This document shows positions 1 to 9,456 of a DNA stretch of 58,135 nt, piece by piece; the stretch's first letter is position 1; each line of letters opens with the position of its first letter. This DNA comes from an uncultured Methanosarcinales archaeon. GTDB taxonomy: Archaea; Nanobdellota; Nanobdellia; Woesearchaeales; DATDXC01. The position numbers and the translations under genes are program-made. The stretch lies in contig CAZDZV010000010.1 in NCBI GenBank assembly GCA_964510025.1, positions 1-58,135 on the forward strand. The letters run 5' to 3'. The notes below the pieces were generated by a model. It had not been told where the DNA came from and made no database searches. It worked only from the letters and a program-made list of their open reading frames with translations.

Positions 1-320
1 AGCCTAAGATCGCTGAAGTGGGCAGGCAGCTTTATATTGATCTCAGAGGGCTTGTCGCACTGCACATTAAACGGCTCTGCGGCAGGTGAATATCCTTCTG
101 GAATATCATATCTTTGCTCTAACACAACCTGGCCTGTAACAGACGGCCTGATGAAAAAGAAACCAGCTACTATAATAAGGAGAGCTATGGATAGATATAA
201 TGGATGCTGGGGCTGGAGGTTGCCGGACCTTATGAGCGCCTTATTTATCTGCGACATTTTATAGCCTTTTTTCAGGTTTACCCTGATGTACTGCTGCATC
301 TGTCTTCTGGTCAGCTGCAT
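1..320 (-). CDS. Membrane-anchored protein, 3' part runs off the window (not in ORF track)
   Basis: Manual translation from ATG at 320: MQLTRRQMQQYIRVNLKKGYKMSQINKALIRSGNLQPQHPLYLSIALLIIVAGFFFIRPSVTGQVV..., open to position 1. The start overlaps the stop of the upstream HTH gene. One TM segment is followed by P-S-V-T-G. Confidence 0.8.
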   Translation of the reverse strand, partial: MQLTRRQMQQYIRVNLKKGYKMSQINKALIRSGNLQPQHPLYLSIALLIIVAGFFFIRPSVTGQVVLEQRYDIPEGYSPAAEPFNVQCDKPSEINIKLPAHFSDLR

Positions 321-553
321 CTTTTTAGGTATTCCTCGCCTTTATTGTTTATTGCAAAAATCTTGATATGATCAAGCTCAAACGCCAGGTCAACATAGCC
401 ATGGCCCCTGAGAAGCACTAGCTGGTGCCTTATTGTACGAAAATGAGTTCTTGTCTCTTTGGAAAGCTGATAGATGGTCTTTTTTCCCCTACGCAATCTC
501 TTTAGTATCGACAGCTGGATCTCTGAAAATTTTCTTTTCTTCCTGCCAAACAT
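311..553 (-). CDS. Winged helix-turn-helix (ArsR-like) transcriptional regulator
   Basis: ILKRLRRGKKTIYQLSKETRTHFRTIRHQLVLLRGHGYV is a wHTH pattern. TATA TTTATATA at 576-583 is 30 nt before ATG 553; the ORF track start at 559 is also possible. Confidence 0.75.
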   Translation of the reverse strand: MFGRKKRKFSEIQLSILKRLRRGKKTIYQLSKETRTHFRTIRHQLVLLRGHGYVDLAFELDHIKIFAINNKGEEYLKRCS

Positions 554-596
554 AGGCATGTCCTGGAAAAAGAGATATATAAATATTTTGATTTTG

Positions 597-652
597 GTGT
601 ATATAATATGAACTTATAGTGTATATTTTATGCACTTTTAGTGTATATAATA
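597..652. promoter_or_regulatory. About 2.5 tandem 22-bp imperfectly palindromic repeats, candidate operator array
   Basis: GTGTATAT starts at 597, 619 and 641 (period 22). The middle unit GTGTATATTTTATGCAC is an imperfect dyad. The array lies just upstream of the TATA box of the wHTH gene. Confidence 0.6.
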
Positions 653-655
653 GAA

Positions 656-1588
656 TCAAGGTATCCTTCGATATCTGGTGTTCATCAGCATCCAGTCTAG
701 GAAGGAAAATAACGGGGCCAGGAACATCAGCGTGACAGTAAGATCAACAGATATCTTCTTCTTTTTTGCCAGTATGATGCTTCTGTATGCTTCTGTTATC
801 TCTTCCTTGTTAGCGGCATAGATATACTCTGCATCTGTCAGCTGCGAGATGCGCTTGAGGGTCTCCTCATCCAGCTTCAGTGAGACATTCAGGCCAGCGG
901 GGCTGCCCCCTTCAGGAGTGCCTATGCCTATTGTAAAAACCTGGATATTGTTCCTGTTTGCGTAATCTATGGCTTCTGACAACCCAAGACCTATATTGCT
1001 CCTTCCGTCTGTGAGCAGCACAATTGTCCTTGCATTATCTCCTGAAAGCAGCAGATTAGAAGAGCTCACTATAGCCTCTCCCAGATCTGTGCCACCCACA
1101 TAGGATATCTCTATAGCTTGGATCTTGCCTTTCAGAAGATTCTTGTCTTCTGTCATCTCCTGTTCTACAAAAGCTGTACCTGAAAATGTTACCAGGCCCA
1201 CTTTTGTGGTCTTAGGGAGAGAGGAAACGAATTCAAGGGCAGCTGATTTTGCTGCCTCCAGCCTTGTGGGCTTCATGTCAGCGGCTGACATGCTGCTGGA
1301 GACATCAATAGCCAGTGCATAGTCTGATGAGGCTGCTGTGCCAAGATACGAGAAATGGGTTCCGGCTACAGCCAGCACAATGAAGCTTAATGTTGCAAGC
1401 CTTACTATCAGCTGGAGGGAATTTCTTGGCTGGATGTGGGGGCCTGAGATCCTGGACATTGCCACAAAATTCGCGAACTGCAACAGCCTTCCCCTTACAT
1501 ACCTAAGTGTTACATAATGCAGCATGATAAGAACAGGCAGGCTTAGCAGAAAGAACAGATAAAATGGCTTTGTAAAAGTTATCTCCAC
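656..1588 (-). CDS. BatA-like von Willebrand factor A membrane protein
   Basis: N-terminal F-x-x-P-x-x-L TM segment typical of BatA, MIDAS motif DVSSS...T...LLTDG, C-terminal TM. Lies downstream of moxR and DUF58. Confidence 0.88.
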   Translation of the reverse strand: MEITFTKPFYLFFLLSLPVLIMLHYVTLRYVRGRLLQFANFVAMSRISGPHIQPRNSLQLIVRLATLSFIVLAVAGTHFSYLGTAASSDYALAIDVSSSMSAADMKPTRLEAAKSAALEFVSSLPKTTKVGLVTFSGTAFVEQEMTEDKNLLKGKIQAIEISYVGGTDLGEAIVSSSNLLLSGDNARTIVLLTDGRSNIGLGLSEAIDYANRNNIQVFTIGIGTPEGGSPAGLNVSLKLDEETLKRISQLTDAEYIYAANKEEITEAYRSIILAKKKKISVDLTVTLMFLAPLFSFLDWMLMNTRYRRIP

Positions 1589-2466
1589 TTTGCCTGCCTC
1601 ATCCTAAACAGTCCTATTATCTTTTCCACAAAAGGCTCATCTGTCTGCAGAACAAGAAAATCTGCGCCTGTCTCGGTAAATATGGACAAAATGCGGTCTT
1701 CCTCCCTCTTGACCTCCTCTTCATAATATGACTTTATCACATTTGGGTCAATAAGCAATGATTGGTTTGAAAGAGGGTCTGCAATGGCTATCTGGCCCAT
1801 TCCTGCTGGAATGCTCCTGTCTATAGGATCCCTCACCATAATGCCTATAAGGGAAAACTTCGATGAAGCAAGCCTTATAATCTCTTCCCAGCCTGGCTTA
1901 AGGCCTATGAAATCTGACACTATTATAAGCAAGGTCCCTTTATTCAACAAGCCCAGAAGAGATTCTACTGCTGATTTGAGGTTAAAATCACCACCATAGG
2001 TATTTACCTTTGTAAGGTTATCCAGTAGAAGGGAATGAGACTGGAAGCCCTTCTTTGGCGGGACAAAATCCAGGAGCCTGCTGTTAAAGAAGCCAAATCC
2101 TATATTATCATCTGACTTGATAATGGTGTAGGCCAGGGCTGATACAAGCTCAGCTGCGTATTCGCACTTCAGCTTTGGCTGTGAGGTCAGTATCATCGTG
2201 TTAGAGACATCTATAAGAAAGAAAACGTCCAGATTTCTTTCCTCCACATACTGCCTTACCATAAGTTCCCCTGCTCTTGCTGAGGCCAGCTGGTCTATCA
2301 AAGATGCATCGTCGTCCGGAGAGTATTTCCTATATGAATCAAACTCCAATCCCCTGCCCTTGAATATGCTCTTGTACTTCCCAAGATGCTGGGTAGTGAC
2401 TTCATCCTTGGCAGCGATATCCAAAGATTCAAACCCTATCTTAAGGTCAAGCTTTATCCTTTTCAT
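1579..2466 (-). CDS. DUF58 family protein (MoxR-associated)
   Basis: GKYKSIFKGRGLEFDSYRKYSPDDD...ID...R, VRQYVEER, IDVSNTM, IVSDF motifs, plus position next to moxR. Confidence 0.88.
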   Translation of the reverse strand: MKRIKLDLKIGFESLDIAAKDEVTTQHLGKYKSIFKGRGLEFDSYRKYSPDDDASLIDQLASARAGELMVRQYVEERNLDVFFLIDVSNTMILTSQPKLKCEYAAELVSALAYTIIKSDDNIGFGFFNSRLLDFVPPKKGFQSHSLLLDNLTKVNTYGGDFNLKSAVESLLGLLNKGTLLIIVSDFIGLKPGWEEIIRLASSKFSLIGIMVRDPIDRSIPAGMGQIAIADPLSNQSLLIDPNVIKSYYEEEVKREEDRILSIFTETGADFLVLQTDEPFVEKIIGLFRMRQAKWR

Positions 2467-3437
2467 GGGATGTTTACTTTTGAAAGTATCTCCTTTATTA
2501 TCTTATCAGTTGTCACGTTATCAACCTGGGCCCTGTAGTTAAGAAGGATCCTGTGACGAAGAACATCTGCTGCCACATTTTTAACATTTTGAGGCGATAT
2601 ATAGCTTTGCCCCTGGAGAAAAGCATCTGCTTTTGCAGAGATAAAGAGAAATATTGATGCCCTTGGAGAGGCTCCAAGAGAGATATACTTCCCATAGGTA
2701 AGCTTATGCTCCCTGGGATTCCTTGTTGCGTCTACAATATCCACTATATACTTCTTGATCCTGCCTGTGTGGGTTATGCCATGTATCAGCTTCTGCATGG
2801 ATATTATGTCTGCTGGCTTCATTATGGGCTTAAGGTTGTACGAATCAAAATCCCTGAGCGATATATTCTGCTCGATTATCTGCTCTTCCTGGTGCTTCTC
2901 AGGATATGTGATCAGAAGCTTGAAGAGAAACCTGTCGGTCTGGGCTTCTGGAAGAGGATATGTGCCTGCGCTCTCTATAGGGTTCTGGGTAGCCATGACA
3001 AAGAAAGGGGGCTCAAGCTGGAAGGTATTCTTGCTTATAGAAACCTGCCTTTCAGCCATTGCTTCCAGGAGAGCAGACTGCGTTTTTGGTGGGGCCCTGT
3101 TTATCTCATCTGCCAGCACAAAATTTGTGAATACCGGCCCTTTTATGACTTCGAATCCTGACCTGCCTGATGACAAAGAAGTTATGCCTACGATATCAGA
3201 AGGAAGCAGATCAACAGTAAACTGTATCCTGCTGAAATCGCATCCTGTAAGGACAGCTATTGCCCTTACGATAAGCGTCTTGGCTATACCCGGAACGCCT
3301 TCGACAAGCACATGGCCATTGGCTATAAGTGCCCTGATTATGCCATCTACGACCTTTTCCTGGCCAACAACCACCTTTGACAGCTCCTGCCTGAGCAATT
3401 TTATCCGATCAAGATAAGACTTCATTTTTGCTTCCAT
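2463..3437 (-). CDS. moxR: MoxR family AAA+ ATPase
   Basis: GHVLVEGVPGIAKT (Walker A), RIQFTVDLLPSD, LADEINRAPPKTQSALLEAM, ATQNPIE, YPLPEAQTDRF, GASPRAS. Confidence 0.95.
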   Translation of the reverse strand: MEAKMKSYLDRIKLLRQELSKVVVGQEKVVDGIIRALIANGHVLVEGVPGIAKTLIVRAIAVLTGCDFSRIQFTVDLLPSDIVGITSLSSGRSGFEVIKGPVFTNFVLADEINRAPPKTQSALLEAMAERQVSISKNTFQLEPPFFVMATQNPIESAGTYPLPEAQTDRFLFKLLITYPEKHQEEQIIEQNISLRDFDSYNLKPIMKPADIISMQKLIHGITHTGRIKKYIVDIVDATRNPREHKLTYGKYISLGASPRASIFLFISAKADAFLQGQSYISPQNVKNVAADVLRHRILLNYRAQVDNVTTDKIIKEILSKVNIP

Positions 3438-3440
3438 TTT

Positions 3441-3947
3441 TTACACCTCAAGATTCTCTTCGATCAAATCCTCTGGCCAGCCAGCTGATAGCAGCCTTTT
3501 TTTTATCTCTTCTTCATCTAGACCATTTTCCAGAGCTTTCTTAATATAGTCTATAAGCTCTGGATACACCTTTTCGTCTGATAGCTCTAAATTTGTTGAG
3601 TTTGCCTGCTGAAGCCTCTGTTCAATAAAGCTAATGATCTTTACAAGGATGGACTCTATTGTTTCAGGGGGAGGACTTGTTATCCGATATTTGATATGCT
3701 CCAGCTCATGAATTATGTCCACAAGGCTTTGCTTTTCCTCTGAGGTGATGGGTTTTCTAGAAAGTATATGGCGTATCTCCTCTTTCGTGTACTCATGCTT
3801 GACCATATAGACATGCCTTATGACTACGTTGAGTATCCAGGTCATATCGTCTATTGTCTTGCTGTCATAGGGCCTTGCTCTAAGGTCATCAAGCTTGCCC
3901 AAAGCTGTCTTCAGTACGTCTATCTCCTCTTTTTTTTCCATCTTCAC
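3441..3947 (-). CDS. Hypothetical helical protein with C-terminal 'YI..L..G...I...L...GW' domain
   Basis: ORF coupled between the surface-protein gene and moxR. C-terminus LIDYIKKALENGLDEEEIKKRLLSAGWPEDLI. Confidence 0.7.
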   Translation of the reverse strand: MKMEKKEEIDVLKTALGKLDDLRARPYDSKTIDDMTWILNVVIRHVYMVKHEYTKEEIRHILSRKPITSEEKQSLVDIIHELEHIKYRITSPPPETIESILVKIISFIEQRLQQANSTNLELSDEKVYPELIDYIKKALENGLDEEEIKKRLLSAGWPEDLIEENLEV

Positions 3948-6900
3948 CTAGCCCAGATATCTTTTGGCTCTTCTTTTTTTGGCTCTGGCCTTGAAATAAT
4001 TTTTCTGGTTTTTAATATTTTTGCATTTATTTGGCCTGTTTCGGGCTTTCTCCTCCCTCTTCTGATCCAGAGCTCCATCAACAGCCAGATTATCAACGTA
4101 AGCAAGATCACTGCCATAACTATCTTTACTATGTCCATCTTTTTTGGGGCCGGCCTTGGAAGCTCCCTGTTTATGGCGGTTATCGTCTCCTTGCATGCGT
4201 TTATGGCTGATTCTACCAAAGCTTTTGCCTTTTCATGCTCTTCCATGTCCAGCGCGCTGTTGGCCTGTGTAATCACCTCCTGCAGCTCAAGGCACTCTGG
4301 ATTTTCCTTGAAAAGATCATAGGCAAATCTTATCTTCTCCACTATCTTTGTCTCGTTTGCCACTGAAACGTTTCTTTCTATGAGCTGGATTATAATCTTG
4401 GCCTCTTCAGTATATTCAGGGGAGTCTGATATTCCCACTATATCTATCTGATAGATCCCGGGATCTGTGTGAGATTCAATATTCAAGGTAAATGATTCAG
4501 ACGCCCCTGAGAGAAGACTGGCTATCTCTGTCTTTGTAGGGACAACAGAGATATCATCTGAATCAGACATTATATCTACATCTATGGCCTCAAAATCGAC
4601 TTCCCCAACATTTGACGCGATCACTCTGGCGTTTATGATGTCTTCTGAATACATCGTCAATGGAGAGGTTGTTATGAATTTCAGAGCCACAATCTTATCA
4701 AGGTATTCTGTCACTGTCCTTGATGAGCCTCCGCCGCCTCCGCCTGATGTTGATGTTGTTATAGTGATAGTCTCTGTCTCTGACCTGGTTGATTCTGCTA
4801 TCAGGAACACTGATAGGTTGGTAAGCGCAAACCTTATTGTGTTCCTGTCCTTGTCTATTATGGTGTCATTCACTTCCATCCATGTGCAGTTAGATGCTTC
4901 GCATTTATATACCTCGAGGTTATCCTCATCGTTGATTATATCTGTCTTGTTAGTGTAGTTGTAGATCACCTCTATGTGGTTATATAGAAGGGAGGAGTTA
5001 AGCTCAAACTGCTCTATGCTTTCCTTGTCATCAGGTATCGTAAGGATGTCGGATATATCATCAAACTCCAGGATGTCGGCTGTTGATTCATTCAGGGTGG
5101 CGTTGAAGATTGTGATGTCTGTCAGGTTTGTGTTCACATATACGTTGTAGTTGCCGGTAGGGGTGAGAGCGGATATCACAGAGCCATTGAACAGGGTGGC
5201 ATTGTTGTTTATGTCCCTAAGCTCTATTTTATTGCTGCCGTTGGCTCGCAGGGTTATCGATGCGTTGTTCCTGGAATAGAATGTCATCGATGCTGTATCG
5301 TTGAAGGTATTCTCATCAAATACAGTGGCATCAATGCTGTATGAGCCTAATGCAGTTGGGGTGTAGTTATAATGGTACCAGTAGGTCATATCTGAACTTG
5401 TGGTGTTGTATGGCGATAGGGCTTCATCGTTTACTGTCAGCGTGACTGCATCCAGCAGGAGAGAGATATTGAATACTAGCGTTATTTTCAGGGAGGTGTT
5501 GGCGTTCACGTATGTCCTCGTAGTATTCAGCCTTATTATCTTCGGAGGATCATACTGCTCTGGCTGGCCTGACAACGCAGGTTCTGTGAGGATGTATCTT
5601 GAGAGCGTGGTTCTTACCAAGGTGATCCTGTCCATGGTCTCATTCATGGTTATATTCTGCTTAACAAACGTGCAGTCTGACTCATCTTCGCAGCGATACA
5701 TGTCCATATTGCTCTCATCAGTAAGGGTGTGCGAGATTGATGAGTAGTTATATATCATCGTGAAGTTGTCGAAGCTCATGTTGGCCTCTATGTCAAACAT
5801 TGAAACCCTTCTTTCGCCTTCCGGCGGGTTTGTCTCATTCGTCCTTACCGTATGGCTTATCAGATCTGAAACATTTGCGTAAGAGATATTGGCAGCGTAG
5901 AATGATATGGACTTTGGCTCGTTTTCCAGACTGATATCCAGGTTGTATATTGATGCCTCTGGCAGTGCCCTGGATATTGTGGCAGCGTCTGACAGCACCT
6001 TTCCTGTGCAGGTCTCTTTTAACTGGATATTTGTGATTGAAGGACTGCTCCAGTTCACTGTCCTTGATTGTGATGCTTTCACAGTGAAATTTGTGGAGAA
6101 GGTCTGGTTTTCCATATCCATGACCGATGCAGTTAGGACATAAGTCCCTGTACTGTTAGTGGTAAAGGTAAAGTTAAACTGGGAGATGTAGTCATTGCTT
6201 CCGTTCTCATCTGTGCTATTTATGGAATGGTCAGCAGCTACTATATGTGCAGCTGGATTCAATACTGTAAGATTTACATTCTCTACCAGCGTATCGAGGT
6301 CAAAGTCTGTTATTATGTTGATCTTTGTTCCGTTGATGGTGTATGACTCATTAGCGCAGAAATAAGGCATTGTTGGGGGCAATGTTGAAGGCCTGCCCAG
6401 CCTCAGCCTTATGTTGTCGGTGATGTTGATATGACTGCCGACAGCATTATTGAAGCCGTATACTGTGACATTCAGGTAGCGGGGCGTTCCATTGGCCACA
6501 TTGTAGGTTGCATTATAGTCGGTTAATGTAAGGTTCGACAGCCAGAGCTGCTCTATGCCTGTAAGGTTATGTATGTGGAGAGTAACATTATTTATGTAGT
6601 CTTCTCCGTAGAGCACCGATACGGTGACGGTGATGTTTTGTCCTGGCCTTACTATCTCGTTGTTAAGCGGAGCAGATATGTTTATGACGCCTACTGTGTA
6701 CCATCTGGTTTCTGACTGGTTGGAATTATTTGCATTATCGTAGCATCTTATCGAAAGGTTGTACCTGCCCCCTGCCAAGGTAAGGGATTTGTTGCCGTAG
6801 GTTCCGTTCGCTGTGTATATCAGGCTGGTCTCCAGATCGTCTATGACCGTATAGCAGCTAAGGTTGCTATCCTGATCATCAAGGACAGTCCAGTTTAAGC

Positions 6901-9445
6901 TGATACCCTGGCCGCCTGCATCATTATCAGCGGGTGTTGGATCGAAGAATGTGATGTTCCATGGAGCTATCACATCTGCATAGAATGAAAGATTAGATGA
7001 TATATTGGTCCTGGTGGTGTCATTGGCGAAGATTGTAATGTTGACGTAGCGGCTCGGGAAGCTCTTGTTTATAGTCAGGATAGTGGAGTAATAGCTGCCG
7101 TTCTCTTCCATAAATGCCTTGTCAATCACCTGGCTTTCATAGTTGCCGCTCCACACAATATACCAGACGGAATCCAGCCCTATGATGTTTTCAAGGGTGG
7201 CATTCACCCTTAACGACTTCTGCAGGCCAATCGGAGAGGTCGCATTTGTTGATGTTCCGTCGGTTGTCCTGTTAACAGATGAGTAGGTCATCTCTAGCGG
7301 GGTTGTGCATGGTGTTATGAGCAATGCGCCTGGATCAGCTACAGCGCCTGCAAAGACGCTGGAGCAGTAGCTGTAGTTCAATGTGATTATGCCCTGCGGA
7401 TCCACAATCGAGGATGCGTTGTATATGCCTGTAAGATTCAGGACTTCTGAAGTAAGGTTGATCCTTGCTGTAGAGCCGTTGTAGCCTGTTGCTGTTATGT
7501 TGCCTGTTGAGGTTATTGAGTTTGTTGCGTTGATGAAGATTGTTCCTGCTGAGCCGTCATAAGGAGGATTATCAGAAACTGTATAAATCCCTCCACTAAC
7601 ATCAGCCAAATCACTTAAACTTATAGTTGGAGCATATAAGGCAATTCTTCCTCCTCCGCCAGCCCTATATCCGTCAGTTAGGGAATTTAATGCTCTTGCA
7701 GAAATTTTGCCCATTCCAGTAATACTCTCTGCAATTAACCATATACTACCTCCAGCCCCCCAATATCCTGCATCAGCAGTAATATTCCCATTAAAAACTA
7801 TCTCATTTGTAACATTTAATTTAATTGCTCCTCCCCCTGAATAATAAATCCTAATAGTCAAAGAAGTAATACCTCCCCCACTTCCTAAATCTAATGGCTC
7901 TGTCATAGAACCATAAGTTGCATCTGTATTTCCCCCTCCTTTTCCAGCATGTGTTCCCCCAATTTTAAGACCTCCTCCTCCCGGACCATACCCTGAACCA
8001 TAACCACTACCCATACCATCTGCTCTTATTGCTGAACTCTCATCAACATAAACCTTTTGAGCATTAATTTGAACACCATAACCTCCACTACCCTCATTAA
8101 CATTTGAACCATATATCCATAGTTTTGCCCCATTAGTCACATTTAAAATATTCATTGTATAATTTCCAGGATACAGAGCCATATCACTCTTTAATGTGAG
8201 ATTTATAGATGAATTCCATGGATGCCATAATGTTCCAGGAGTTCCTACACGATCCCCTTTACCCCCATCCAAAAGATAATATCCATTAAAAGAATCTGTG
8301 GTATAATTGATTGAAATCCTTCCTCCTCCCCCTCCCCCATCAGTAACAGAACCTGGAACACCATCTCCTCCTTCTGCAGATAAATTACCATCTCCATTAA
8401 AAGAACTTGAAATAATCCATATACTACCTCCCGCCCCCCCATTAATTAATTCTCCTCCATCACTAGATATAACTCCAGAAATATTAACCTCATTTGTAGA
8501 ATTAATAAAAACAATTCCTCCTCCTGGATGACCCTTTCCACCACTTCCAAAATCACTTGGCTGAATTGCAGAACCATAAGCTATTTTATTTTCATAAGTA
8601 TCTGTATACCCCCCATAACAAGCAGCATATGTTGAAGAACCACATGGCCCCATCCCAGCCATCCATCCCAGCCCATCCGTAACAATCTTCCCGCCAGCCC
8701 GCACATCAACATTATCCGCAAGTATGGAAACATTCCCAGCTGTTATGTTGCCGCCGGATTCTATAGTCAGGTTGCCTGCAAGTATAAGCGAGAATCCGCA
8801 GCCATGATGGGCGCCTTCTGGATAGCGGTCACTGGTGCAGTTGGATGTATCATTAATGAGTGAGCCGCCGTCCTTGATTACCAGATTATTCAGGTGATAT
8901 TCTGTATCATCCTGCAGATATTGGGGTGTTGTGATGTTGCATGTTGTTGATACAGAGCCTTTATCGCACAATAATCCTGTCAGATTCTGAGGCTGGCCCC
9001 AGATCTTTACCTCTCCGGCCCCCATATTGCCATCTCCGCTGCTCTTGATCCATAACCTAAGGTACTGTTTTTCCTGTGTAGAGAAATTGATATACTCGAC
9101 AAGGCCTGTTATGTTGCTCATCTGCCCTTCTGCTATAGCTGTCCATGTTTCTGCATCATCTGAAACAAGGACAGTGTAGTTTCCTGGTTCGGCATACCTG
9201 TAGACGTATTCAATCAGGTTTATTCTTTGGGGAGCTGAGAAATTCCACGTGAGGTTTGCGGTTGAAATATCGTCGTTTTGCCAGTACGATAGGTAATCTC
9301 CATCGTTTAAGTTGGGCGCTTCCCAATGATCCACATTTGAGCTTAAGGTTAGGTTTGTTGTAGTCAGATTGGCCAGATTCGTGGCATTCACAAATACCCT
9401 TATATCATTAAGCATCATATACTCAGTGTCTCCCATATTATCCAA
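3944..9445 (-). CDS. Giant surface glycoprotein (F5/8-type-C-like domain, Gly-rich repeats, Ig-like repeats, C-terminal TM); probably the 3' fragment of a larger gene
   Basis: 1833 aa with very dense N-x-S/T sequons, a discoidin-like segment (NLNDGDYLSYW...VSDDAETWT...YLRLWI), two G-rich GGGRI repeats, a duplicated module of roughly 270 aa, a TSGGGGGGSS linker, a C-terminal TM and a basic tail. No N-terminal signal peptide. Confidence 0.8.
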   Translation of the reverse strand: MDNMGDTEYMMLNDIRVFVNATNLANLTTTNLTLSSNVDHWEAPNLNDGDYLSYWQNDDISTANLTWNFSAPQRINLIEYVYRYAEPGNYTVLVSDDAETWTAIAEGQMSNITGLVEYINFSTQEKQYLRLWIKSSGDGNMGAGEVKIWGQPQNLTGLLCDKGSVSTTCNITTPQYLQDDTEYHLNNLVIKDGGSLINDTSNCTSDRYPEGAHHGCGFSLILAGNLTIESGGNITAGNVSILADNVDVRAGGKIVTDGLGWMAGMGPCGSSTYAACYGGYTDTYENKIAYGSAIQPSDFGSGGKGHPGGGIVFINSTNEVNISGVISSDGGELINGGAGGSIWIISSSFNGDGNLSAEGGDGVPGSVTDGGGGGGRISINYTTDSFNGYYLLDGGKGDRVGTPGTLWHPWNSSINLTLKSDMALYPGNYTMNILNVTNGAKLWIYGSNVNEGSGGYGVQINAQKVYVDESSAIRADGMGSGYGSGYGPGGGGLKIGGTHAGKGGGNTDATYGSMTEPLDLGSGGGITSLTIRIYYSGGGAIKLNVTNEIVFNGNITADAGYWGAGGSIWLIAESITGMGKISARALNSLTDGYRAGGGGRIALYAPTISLSDLADVSGGIYTVSDNPPYDGSAGTIFINATNSITSTGNITATGYNGSTARINLTSEVLNLTGIYNASSIVDPQGIITLNYSYCSSVFAGAVADPGALLITPCTTPLEMTYSSVNRTTDGTSTNATSPIGLQKSLRVNATLENIIGLDSVWYIVWSGNYESQVIDKAFMEENGSYYSTILTINKSFPSRYVNITIFANDTTRTNISSNLSFYADVIAPWNITFFDPTPADNDAGGQGISLNWTVLDDQDSNLSCYTVIDDLETSLIYTANGTYGNKSLTLAGGRYNLSIRCYDNANNSNQSETRWYTVGVINISAPLNNEIVRPGQNITVTVSVLYGEDYINNVTLHIHNLTGIEQLWLSNLTLTDYNATYNVANGTPRYLNVTVYGFNNAVGSHINITDNIRLRLGRPSTLPPTMPYFCANESYTINGTKINIITDFDLDTLVENVNLTVLNPAAHIVAADHSINSTDENGSNDYISQFNFTFTTNSTGTYVLTASVMDMENQTFSTNFTVKASQSRTVNWSSPSITNIQLKETCTGKVLSDAATISRALPEASIYNLDISLENEPKSISFYAANISYANVSDLISHTVRTNETNPPEGERRVSMFDIEANMSFDNFTMIYNYSSISHTLTDESNMDMYRCEDESDCTFVKQNITMNETMDRITLVRTTLSRYILTEPALSGQPEQYDPPKIIRLNTTRTYVNANTSLKITLVFNISLLLDAVTLTVNDEALSPYNTTSSDMTYWYHYNYTPTALGSYSIDATVFDENTFNDTASMTFYSRNNASITLRANGSNKIELRDINNNATLFNGSVISALTPTGNYNVYVNTNLTDITIFNATLNESTADILEFDDISDILTIPDDKESIEQFELNSSLLYNHIEVIYNYTNKTDIINDEDNLEVYKCEASNCTWMEVNDTIIDKDRNTIRFALTNLSVFLIAESTRSETETITITTSTSGGGGGGSSRTVTEYLDKIVALKFITTSPLTMYSEDIINARVIASNVGEVDFEAIDVDIMSDSDDISVVPTKTEIASLLSGASESFTLNIESHTDPGIYQIDIVGISDSPEYTEEAKIIIQLIERNVSVANETKIVEKIRFAYDLFKENPECLELQEVITQANSALDMEEHEKAKALVESAINACKETITAINRELPRPAPKKMDIVKIVMAVILLTLIIWLLMELWIRRGRRKPETGQINAKILKTRKIISRPEPKKEEPKDIWAR

Positions 9446-9456
9446 AAACTCAAACC

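Noticed and set aside
37..264. 75-aa + strand ORF and the many other short ORFs antisense or off-frame to recognised genes
   Set aside because: Shadow ORFs of well-supported genes on the other strand or frame, with no motifs or promoters.
3944..9445. Diversity-generating retroelement or intein in the giant gene
   Set aside because: No reverse transcriptase, no near-identical template/variable repeat pair and no intein termini seen; the internal repeats are diverged protein-level duplications.
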